Shown: positions 1 through 10,809 of the stretch, piece after piece
How positions within the stretch are numbered: position 1 is the stretch's first letter
How the letters are laid out: each line of letters opens with the position of its first letter
Source: Raillietiella orientalis
Taxonomy: Eukaryota
Length of the DNA: 64,000 nt
Assembly: GCA_036172245.1 (NCBI GenBank)
Contig: JAYWIR010000019.1
Coordinates: forward strand, 2,356,001-2,420,000
Direction of reading: 5' to 3'
The notes under the pieces: generated by a model
The model's database searches: none
Told to the model about the DNA's origin: nothing
The model's input: only the letters and a program-made list of their open reading frames with translations
Position numbers and translations under genes: made by a program

Positions 1-773
1 TTAATAAAAATGGAAAAATAAATACATGACAAGAATAAAACCGAAGAGAATATTAACAAAGATGAGAAAGCTTTGAATGTTGGTTTCTTTCTCTCTCTCC
101 CTCTCTTTTTTTTTCCCAAACACTTTAAATATTAATGTAATGTAGACAATAATAAGGAAAAGCAAACGTTTTTGATTGCATGTGCAGAAGCTACCTGAGT
201 TTGAATGTCTGAAAAAGGGTTCACATCAACTTAATATTTCATTGTAAGGTTAGAAGTTTCTTTGTAAGATTTGAACACTTAGCAATTATTGAAACCTCAA
301 TTTTGAACAACAAATTGTGATATCAAGAATGGAAAAATTGAGGCAAGTGTACATCATTTTAGAAATACTTCTTCCTGCAATGGACAACAGATAATGATTT
401 AAAACTGAAAACAAATGGATGAGACCTGAATTTACTAATGGAAAAGCTGATTCCACCTGAGGTAAGAAAATAAACTAAATTTGGGTAGGAATATGATATC
501 ATTGGAAGCAATATTCCTTCATCTGAATGTTCAAAGAAAATGATTATCTAAGCATTTTCCACTGATCAATTGAAATAAAACCTTTCACTAAATCAGCAGC
601 AGTTTTATTTTCGTATAATGAATGTGAGCACATCAGCAACAGTGTCAAGAGTATAATGAAGTTTAAAAACGCAATGAAACAAACAAAAAAAATGCCACAG
701 AAAATTTAAAATCTTGTAATGCATGCATGGCATAGATCAAAGATTTGATAGGTTTAGTGTGGTGGTCCCAAAA

Positions 774-1592
774 CTATTGGAACAACTTTTTCATTTGGGA
801 AGCATAATACAGATTCAACTGTTTTACTCTACCTTTCAATTCCAGGATTTTTTGTAGAACTGCCTTGTTATTTCTATTGAGATAATATGCTTTTTCCAAA
901 TACTCCTTTGCTTTTTCATATTCCTTTATCTCTAAAAGGGCACAACCCATACGGTATGTTGACTTCAAATTGCAGCTGTCTAACATAAGTACTTTGTTTG
1001 TCAGCAAAATGGCTTCTTTATAATGCTGGAATGCCATTTGACATTGCGCTATGTTGTTATACAAACTAATCTTTAGAGACACTATTTCAGCATTGTCTTT
1101 TTCCTCTGAACTCAAAATCAGTTTCAATGCTAAGCTAAACCGATGAAATGAATCTTTAATTCGGTTTTGAGTATACAGACGAACACCTACACTTTTGTGA
1201 TGCTGAGCACTATTGAACTTCTGTTCATTACTCATGTAAGGAGGTGCAATAGCTATTTCAAATGTCTCGAGAGTTACTGTTACAAAAAATAATTCACATT
1301 CAAATTGACTTTTCTCTTGAAGATTCATAGTCCAGATACAACCATCTAAAAGCCGATCTATTTCTGTATCTCCCTCACCAATTATTACAATTTTGAGAGT
1401 ATTGCTTAAGTCTAGATATGAACATGGTAACTCACTAGAAATATTTTCAAATATAACTTGACATTTTGTACCAAAGGTTGGACGTTTCAATATTATTCCA
1501 CTATTGAGAATGGTTTTTTTAACATGGTATGGGCAAAATGCAAATTTCAGTTCTTTAACCACTGACTTGTCCATTCCAGACTCATTCCCCAT
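774..1592 (-). CDS. Non-canonical FKBP-like protein with degenerate PPIase-like domain and TPR repeats (BDBT / FKBPL-like), single exon
   Basis: 272-aa uninterrupted ORF. N-half VKKTILNSG..KRP..GTKCQV..IIGEGDTEIDRLLDGCIWTMNLQEKSQF is FKBP-fold-like. C-half has TPR motifs (LYNNIAQCQM, KSTYRMGCALLEIKEYEKAKEYLEKA) and a terminal YASQMKKLF typical of FKBP-TPR co-chaperones. Resembles Drosophila Bride of doubletime and vertebrate FKBPL from memory. Alternative start at 1574; minus-strand AATAAA at 604-609. Confidence 0.8.
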   Translation of the reverse strand: MGNESGMDKSVVKELKFAFCPYHVKKTILNSGIILKRPTFGTKCQVIFENISSELPCSYLDLSNTLKIVIIGEGDTEIDRLLDGCIWTMNLQEKSQFECELFFVTVTLETFEIAIAPPYMSNEQKFNSAQHHKSVGVRLYTQNRIKDSFHRFSLALKLILSSEEKDNAEIVSLKISLYNNIAQCQMAFQHYKEAILLTNKVLMLDSCNLKSTYRMGCALLEIKEYEKAKEYLEKAYYLNRNNKAVLQKILELKGRVKQLNLYYASQMKKLFQ

Positions 1593-4500
1593 AAATGTTC
1601 AGCCACAGAAAAATTTTTTGCTGATACAGAATTTGATGATATTTTTGAGTATCTAAACAAAAGCACAATGAATCAACTCATGCCCATTAACCCAAACCTA
1701 AAATCAGTTAAAATTATGAATATTTTCATATTACGTATGCATCCATGAGCAGGACCAATAATGTACAATAAATGCAATGTCATTATTTTCCTGTTTCTTA
1801 AGTTCACCTGGTAATACATTCCATTCAACAACACATTAAAAGTCTTAGGATATCCTGCTACGCAGTTTGCTATTGAATGAAATATTAGCTGGCAGTTTCC
1901 ACATAAAAATCATTTTCAGTCATGATTTACCTATCTACTCAACCCAATGTTTTTGATGCCTACTATTTATTTCCATAATGAACCAGATTGAAAACACATA
2001 TGATACCATCTTGGAAAATAAACAGCTTGAAAAATTTTTGGATTTTAAGTTTAATCTAAGGTGAATCCTTATGGTTGTTTTAAATGACTATTCTACTACT
2101 GAAGAAGAAACACGATTTTTTTGTTTTTCATTGGGCAATTATACTTCTCATTTTACTTTCCAATTGGAGGACTATAATTTTATGCACTGTTACTTCTACA
2201 AACAAACCATATTTTCCCCATTGCATGAACAAATTCCTAGTCAATCTAAAGTGACTCTTTATCATCCAACAATGAATGACTAGCACAACATCTTATTTCA
2301 TAAGAATGGCTTATTCCTATGTATGTATTTGTTTTTCATCATGTACAACTTTTGCCTCTTACATTTATATGTTGAACTTTTCCCAATGTGGAATTAATAT
2401 CATCCAGAAAGCATTCGAAAAATTATACACGTTCTAAGAAAGCAAAGATCAAAAAAGATGTAAAGGGTAAACTAATTTATATTTAAAAGGTTCATTAAAC
2501 ATGAAATAGCAAATGATAGCTTGCTATTGCAAAGTTCTCGCATTTGATATATTACCAGCTTGTGTAAGAGGCTTGATTTTGTTGATGCACCTTTTATTCT
2601 TTAAATACCATATTTAACATTGGAAGCTTTCAGTCAATTTCGATTTACAAAGGAGTAATACAAGAAATTCTTGTAGAGTTTGATACAGACTCAGTAAAAT
2701 TTTGTACTGCATCTAAGACTAAAGATGCTGCAAAACTTACTGTTTAATGTATGAGGTATAATGTATAAGGATAATTCTAAACTATGCCTCAATACAGTAT
2801 AACAGTAGGTTTGAAACGAACTTATCCAAATGACTAAGGAAATCAGCAAATGAATAGAAGATTCCTGGGAGATATGTTTGTTTCTGTTATGAGATGATGC
2901 TTGCTAATTCTTAATCTAGCAATATTGAGGATTATATATTAAGGCAGGATCAGTTTTCTATTAAACTCAATAATAAACTTTCATAATTTAAAACAGAAAA
3001 AACTCTTAAAGCTAAGATCCAATTATGAAAAAATTTTCTCCACAAACTTGGTTACACTTGATTCAACAAAACATAATATGTGCAAGGTTAGCGACATCTG
3101 TGCAAATGTTAAGTGCTCTAGCAGAAAAAAAAAAAAACTGGCTTCTCGGAAAAAAATTTTCATTTGTGGAGTAGTTTATAATTTTTCCGAAATTCCATCT
3201 ACTCCTTCGAGACACAAAAGCTATTAACACATTTACTTGGTAAGTTCACACCTTTTTACAGACAAATAACACGCACGAGAACTAGATGTTTGATAAATAA
3301 GAATTTGAAAAAATTTTGGGGGGGTTTCAAATTTGCTTGTTTCTCAATTTCCTCGTATAGTCATTAGATAAAGATTTACACTGGATTAACACATTTGCTT
3401 AATAATTGATTTTATAATCATCAAAAAATAATTTTGTGATGTATACCCCTGAATCAAGAATTCCAAAAGTGTTTTTAATTTGTGCTAGGGCCTAATCTCA
3501 ACAATACTAACTAACAAACTTATAAGTACTCAAAGTTTGGTGGCTCATTACATGACTAGACGGTTTTGTTGAAAAAAAAACTCAGATGCATTAGCATGAA
3601 ATCTTGATTAGTTTATGAACTGGTTTTCTTTCTTTCCCACTAAATTAGCAAAATCTCTTGTAGTCCTTCTATAACCAAATTTCGATTATTAACACTGTTT
3701 TCTTGCTAAGTTTCACTCTATACATATGCCTATAAATTAATATTCTTCTATTATCATTCTAATATTCTTCATTAGACCTTTTTTTTTTTTTTTCCAAAAA
3801 AAAAAAAAAAAAAGAACTCTTCTACACGAATAATTTTTAGAATTTCAGCTTGATTGTTGGGCAAATTTGAGGAACTTGTGAAGGAAAAATATAAGGTGTG
3901 TATACTCAAACTAAAAATGACAAAGAAAAAGTAAAAAAGCTAAAGTAGAACCAGAAAACATTTTAACATAAAAATCAGTATAGACCAATGATGCAATCTG
4001 TAAATGCTAATTTTGTAATTCTGAATGGAGCTATGAAGGTGACACCTTAAAACCAGAGAACCATAAAACACTACACTGATATTAAAATCTTACAAAATCC
4101 AACTTGGGAAGACTTCAAAGTGAACAATTAGATCTTAATGACAGAACATTAACAATATATCCATACTATGAAACATACATCTCATAATGAAATCATGGTT
4201 GCATTGCATGCATGCAATGTTATTCAAGGGTTACTTGTATGCATATAATGGAGGATTAATAAATTTAATGAATAAGTTTACGTACTCAAAATATTTTCCA
4301 GTTATGCCTGATAATGATTTATCTGTGGCAATGTAAAGAACTGCATCAGAGGCTTGTTCAATACTTTTAAAAAAGAGCCATTGCAAAGGAAACTGTAAAA
4401 GTCTAAAATACTGATTTGCAAATAGGGGAAAATATCGATAACAATTTGTGCTTCTCACAGATCCTGGATGCATACTATTAACAGTAACATTAGTTTCTAG

Positions 4501-5342
4501 AAAGAAATACAAAAATGTCTATTAACTAAAAAAAATTGAAATATGCTCAAGATATTCACCTTTCAAGTGTGTACTCAAGTACAAGGTAAATAATTCAATG
4601 GCAAGTTTACTATGTCCATAAACCTTAAATTTAGAGTATGAAGACCTCAAGAAGTTAATATCTTCGAAGTTGATCCTTGAACAAAGTCTGTGTGCTTCAG
4701 AGCTTATATTTACAATCCTGGCATTATCAGATGATACCAAAGCAGGAAGAAGCAAATTAGTCAAAAGAAAAGGTCCTGTAAAATTAACAAAATAAAAGAA
4801 CAAAAAATGCACATACAGAACCTAAATAATTTGTTTGGAAGCAGATATCAAATCCATTTTCTGTTAAATCTCGGTCATGGTAAAATATCCCAGCATTGTT
4901 GATTAATAGATCTAATGAATCATGTTCTAGAAACTTCAATGCAAGATTTTCTGAGATTTGATAACTATACTTTTGAGAAATTCTTCACAAAAGGCTTGAA
5001 TAGAGTCAAAGGATGTTAAGTCCAACTCCATAAGGAATACATTTTCACTACCAGAATATCTCTTAACAGATTCAAGTACAGAATACTTTGATTTACTGTC
5101 ACGACATCCAAGAATCACTCGAACCCCTAATAAATAAAAGGTTGACGCTTCTTATTTTCATCAAAAAATAATCCGTTTCACATACCCGACCTGGCTAACT
5201 GCTTTGAGACTTCTAGGCCTATCCCTGAGTTAGCACCAGTAAGAACAGCTAATTTGTTTTTCATGTGTGAACCAATAATATATGTGGACTTTCCCAATAG
5301 GTACTTATAAAGATTTGCTAATTTGTGTGTTTCAAATGCCAT
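1547..5342 (-). CDS. Retinol dehydrogenase 11/12/13-like short-chain dehydrogenase/reductase, 6 coding exons
   Basis: Spliced reading gives TGANSGIG (NAD(P) binding), VILGCRD, LDLLINNAG, QTNYLGPFLLTNLLL, RIVNISSEAH, catalytic YGHSKLA, NSMHPGSV and ITGKYFE. Donor GA|GTACGT at 4285 joins acceptor TTTAG|A at 1653/1652, giving the final exon YSKISSNSVSAKNFSVAEHLWGMSLEWTSQWLKN* (stop 1549-1547), which fits the family's A..LW..S C-terminal motif. Start codon uncertain (ATG at 5342 assumed). Confidence 0.85.
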
Positions 5343-8300
5343 TATGCCAAATACTAAGTGCAAACCCCCGAAATTCTTTGATATCCAAATGAACGATAAC
5401 AATGGTTCAAACAGTAGTTAATAGTCACTCAAAAGAATCTGCAACATCAGTAGAACAGTAAAACCGCTCCTTCAAATAATGGCAAAATTTAGTTCTGTTT
5501 TTAATCAAAATTGATGAGTCCCATTGCAAACATGAAAATCCTTGAAACTTATGTACACATTAAAAATGTATTCAGATAATAGTCAACATATTACCAATGA
5601 TAGCTAGTAAAATTTGTACAATTAAAACAGCATGTGACATACTTAACAAGTGTGATGATAATACTAATGAGCATTACAAACATATGCATCAGTTGCTACT
5701 GTACGATCTTTGTTTTGTTTGCACAATTCTTTTATATTACTTCGAAATTCAAAGTGAGGCTTGTTTTCGTATAAGTTTTGAATATATGCAGAAGCATTTG
5801 AAATTTTATACTTTAAAAGAATAACATACTCGGAATGACATTCAAGAAATTTTAAAACAATAATGTGACAAGATAAATCACTCATTACAACTGGAAAACA
5901 TACTTGGGTGTTTAATTTATTACATGGTTCCTTCCATCGGAGTAATCTGTGAACAAAAATTGTTACACGCTCCTCTATGCAAAATGATTTAATTTCTATA
6001 ACTTGCTCGTGCCAAATAAAATATTTGCAATTATGGATGCACTACATATACCGCTTTTTCAACCTTTTTTTTTAAAAAAAAAAAATGGTAACTTTTTAAT
6101 ACACGATAGTAGTAGCTGATGTACCACTACAGCCTCCAATTACTTAAAAACAACCCCATAATTTCCAAGAAACATTATTTATTTGATTGCACCGTGCAAG
6201 GATTTCTAATCCTCCGGCACGTGCCTGCATCCCCAGCACACATTCGCTGCATTTTTAAAGATTACTTTCAAAGCATACCTACGTGAGATCTCTTAGACCC
6301 AACTACGTTGTCTGCACCTCTGGGAGTGCTTCCATGCAACAAACTGAGAAAGCGAAATCATTGCATTCTTGCATGATTCTGATTGCATGTTTGCATTGGG
6401 AGCAGCCCCTACGGACAATCTTCCAGCATTTCGTTCAGACATCAACCACCCGGATAATCCAAATCCTTCTACACGAGGTGGGACCCATAGGTTCCCCACT
6501 GCCCCTTTCCTTTCAAGGCAACCGTGCACGGTGTCCGTCTTTGACAGCTGCAGTGCTTTTAAATGCTCAGCGTAGGAATTTTTCGAAATTCGGAATTCAT
6601 CGAAAATCTTACATTTTAATTGAAAATAAGATATTCTTTTTTTGCTTTTTTACTGACATTGTTACTTGTAAAGAATAGGTACATTTGCAATAGTAAGATC
6701 AAGGCCAAGATCCTTTCAATGCCAACACATACATTTCTCATTTTTATCGACCCGATTTTCCTTTTAGTTTGTCAATAGCATATTCTTATTGAATGTACTA
6801 CTGCCCCAGCCTATACACTAGGATGACAATAGAAGACCTTTGTGAATATGGGCCCTTAAGGCACCAGACAATGCCAAGAAACAGGAAATTGACAGCTGTT
6901 CTCATCATTGCAGTATCTTACCATTCATACTTTTGGACATTTAATAAACGAAATGGACTGGGTCGATTTAAAGACATGCCCTCACAAACTTAAAATTCAC
7001 GTGCTTGAATTCCTGTCACATCTCAATTGGCTTTTTTATATCTGGTTGCTCTACGGGTGAATTGGAATGAAGCCCATTTATAGAGGTATTTTTTTAATAA
7101 CAGATAAGCTCATCGTAAGGAAATGCATGGTTTGTAAAAGAAACCATTATCTGTTTCAGAGTAGAATATCATTTTGAACTTTTATTTATTACAATCAGTG
7201 CAAAGTTAGAACGTACATGACGGCACTGCCTTTGAGTAGATTAGCATTTTCATTGTTCATATTTAAAACCTATTTTGCATTAAATAGCACTTCTAAATCT
7301 ACAATAGAACTAGCTAAACTAAAGCCATCTGTTTTTCAGCCAGAAACAGTATTTTGATCCTTGAATTTTTCACGGTACTTCTAACATACTTAGATCCTTC
7401 AATGCTGTCTCAAGATGTGATGTTGCAAGCCAGTAAGAAATCTTCCGTAAAATGTAGAGCCAACTTTTAACAATGAATCTATCAAATCATTATCTATTTC
7501 CATTCTTCAGGAATTGACAAATTAGAAATTCTTTGTCAAAACGAATCCTAGTAATATTTCTGCGCAAAGCATTTGAAAGGAGTACAATTGATGATTTCCT
7601 TAGGATGATGAATGCACCTAACAATTTCCAAATATTGGATGGTTTCTAATATTTATACCACTCACCATAAATGCAGCCTGTTTTCTGTTACTAATTACAC
7701 GCCATTTACATAATATTTGGAAAATCAATTATTAACTTAGTATTAAAACCCTATAATAGCTACCTCTAAGCCCATGACCTATCATTATCATTTTACATTT
7801 ACAAAAAAAACAAGCTTATCCCTGATTTATTACTCATTAATAATTAGAAATGTTAATTTGTCAGCATATCACCTCCAAATAAAATTCAACTATATTTTAT
7901 TACACATAGCAATCACTTTATTTAACTCATTAACATTCTGATGTTATATGTATAGGAAAATAGCCCCAACTGAAGAATGATAATGTGTTTACAATTGGAT
8001 TTTTTCATCTACCTGGGAGTGCATTTGCTTACGAATTCACAAATTATACATGTCATAATTGAATTTTCTAATGCAAATAGTGATACGGATTTTTAAGAAT
8101 TCAGCACTTACTATCCATGGAGAACTGAGCTCTTATTATTGTTCAGATCATCACAGAAAACAGTCAACCCAGAAAAATGCTTTTTATTTGATAAAAGCAA
8201 AAGCTGAAAAGGTTTCTAACTCTTTCTGAGTCTTCGAAATTTCTTGGTCAGCCTTTCGAGCTTGAGCTTTACTGTTAACCTTGGCTTGAAAACTTGACAG

Positions 8301-8400
8301 GAAAGTCTGATTTGTTCCTCATATGAACATCATACTTACAAACATTCGTGAAAGAATAACAATTATAGAAACCATTTTAATTTAATTTAAAGTCTCGGAT

Positions 8401-8790
8401 ACTTAGGCAGAATCTCTAAAAATTATTTTCGATATGTTCATGGAAAGAAGGCCGGAATCTCAGTTCAAATTACATTTAATGAAAGTTATTCATTAAAAAA
8501 AATCAAGGAAAGTATTCAAATTCATCATTTAAGGATACTCTGCTCTAAGATGACATCTATTTAATAAACGGGAAAAAATTGATAATTATCACAATATGGG
8601 CATAATAAACTCAGTAATCCATTCATGCTCATGAAATGATAGAGATCCTACAGTGACATCTAGAACATCAAAGAACACAGTGACCTTTACATATTATTTC
8701 GGGATTAAGTGCAGACAAATTCTTAAATAAAAAAACCTCCACAACTACACATAAGGGGTGATTAATGAGACTGAACCTTAACGGCCATGC
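8401..8790 (+). repeat. Left arm of ~390-bp inverted repeat
   Basis: Reverse complement of 9708-10096; about 14 differences counted by eye (~96% identity). Confidence 0.95.
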
Positions 8791-9707
8791 TGATAATTTA
8801 TTAGTTAACACTCTTTTTTGATAACTGATTTAAAAAATGGTATGTAAAGTCGAAAGCCTTTCGAATTCCTTTTATTTTCCTAAAATTTATTATTAACATT
8901 CTAATTTCTTACTGCTTTATTCATTGATGCATTATTTGTGTACTTTATTTTCGCGCAGCAATATAATTTGGATAATGGAACTACATCAATAAAACTCTGT
9001 TTTTGAAATATAAGTGGGGCACGTATTTTTGCATTCTCTAAAATTCTGCGCTGATGGATAAGGATTTTACATAATCATAAAAAGTTTTAAAGATTTATTA
9101 ACGCTAAGATACATTAAAGTTAAGATAATGGCCTGTCAGGAAATAAGGACACTCAGATATAGAATTCCCTTAAATGCAAAAGTTTTAATCGATTGTCGCA
9201 CAATTTTCAGTATCTGTAATTCACTTCATAACATTGTAGTTAACTTGAAATGGATTTGCTCTAGAGTTCCTCAGTATACATCGATAATAAATTACTGTTT
9301 CTCTTTCTCTCCCTATGGAGTACTGTTTTCATTGAAATCAAGGAGCCCCACCCCAAAATGAGCCCTTTGATGGCGTAGAGTTGTTTTCGGTGTAGTTGCA
9401 CAGTAAATAAAGGAGTACCAGAGAGATGTGAAAGAAATTACTGATTAGACGTATTTAGAAAATATTTCCTCCGAGTAGTTGATTCTATTTATTGTATTTA
9501 AGAAACTCAAGCTGCGTGGCTTTCTGTTATTTATTTATCAAATCGAAATACTGGCGAAAGAGACAAACTGAAAAGTACGAGTTGTGCTCGGGGAGAAAGG
9601 AAAAAACGATTAATGGTACCAAAGAAAACAGTCTATATGTAATTCGTGTTCGCAGATATGTGCTTATTGTTTTGTATTTAAAGAAATTGATGATAAACAA
9701 AGTCGGT

Positions 9708-10096
9708 GCATGGCAGTAAAGGTTCAGTCTCATTAATCACCCCTTATGTGTAGTTGTGGAGGTTTTTTTATTTAAGAATTTGTCTGCACTTAATCCCGAA
9801 ATAATATGTAAAGGTCACTGTGTTCTTTGATGTTCTAGATGTCACTGTAGGATCCCTATCATTTCATGAGCATGAATGGATTACTGAGTTTCTTATGCCC
9901 ATATTGTGATAATTATCAATTTTTGCCCGTTTATTAAATAGCTGTCATCTTAGAGCAGAGTATCCTTACATGATGAATTTGAATAGTTTCCTTGATTTTT
10001 TTTATGAATAACTTTCAGTAAATGTGATTTGAACTGAGATTCAGGCCTTCTTTTCATGAACATATCGAAAATAATTTTTAGAGATTCTGCCCAAGT
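9708..10096 (-). repeat. Right arm of ~390-bp inverted repeat
   Basis: GCATGGCAGTAAAGGTTCAGTCTCATTAATCACCCC...GAGATTCTGCCCAAGT is the reverse complement of 8401-8790. Confidence 0.95.
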
Positions 10097-10809
10097 TTCT
10101 TCGAAAAAGGTGTATAGATGTCTAGTTAATAAAACAGTAATATATATATCTGTGTATGTGCATGTATATGAATATGTACGTGCAGTGCAAGTGTGACTTC
10201 ATAATGAGTTTTGCAGCATGTGTGTTTTCATAATGTTGAAGGTCATCATTTTCTGGTATGAATACGGAATAGTTAAGAAATCTGCTTCCTTTTTTTCTGA
10301 TAAAAGTGCTTTCATTCAGTGTTAATGAGAGTTACGGATTTTGGTGTGATTCAGTCTTAATGAAAAGAAATTTTTGACAGTAGTGTACCATATCAATGCA
10401 ATGCTTTGCATATGCATTCCTGAAATTTATGAACACTTTCTTTAATGTATGATAGGAAAATGTATGGGTGTTGCAATTTAAGTTTTTTTCATAATGATAA
10501 ATGTTTGTTTTTATTGCAGTTTGAGCTTTTCTGTGATAGTTCATGTGCACCAAGGTCTCAACACAATTGTGTTATTGTGGTGCAGTTGTGATGCATTCAA
10601 AGCAGTTATTTGAATGAATATGCAAAAAAAAAAACAAAAAAACACAAGCCATTCACATGATGATATGATTAGTAGAGTTGTAAGAATAAACTGCTAAATA
10701 ATGTAATAAGATCAATTTGAAGCATGCAAATCCTCAGTTGATGTTATTTCTAGGATCTAAAAAGTGTATTCTTGGATTGCATGTGTTGACACATTTCAGT
10801 CACTGGACA

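Noticed and set aside
361..549. Possible plus-strand terminal exons (donor GTAAGA at 462, AATAAA at 574-579)
   Set aside because: The implied intron is only 27 nt, upstream frames contain stops and no protein similarity was recognised.
1599..1619. A_AAA_AAT heptamer in the SDR last exon as a -1 frameshift site fusing SDR to the FKBP-TPR ORF
   Set aside because: The -1 frame is the FKBP frame, but it hits TGA at 1601-1599 before the FKBP ATG. No canonical slippery heptamer lies in the true overlap.
3779..3812. T15-CC-A17 self-complementary homopolymer (similar run at ~6065-6085)
   Set aside because: Low-complexity runs are common in this AT-rich sequence; no further support.
3986..4028. C/D snoRNA-like ATGATG...CTGA with short terminal stem in the SDR intron
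   Set aside because: Box C is imperfect (TGATGC) and the span is only ~40 nt.
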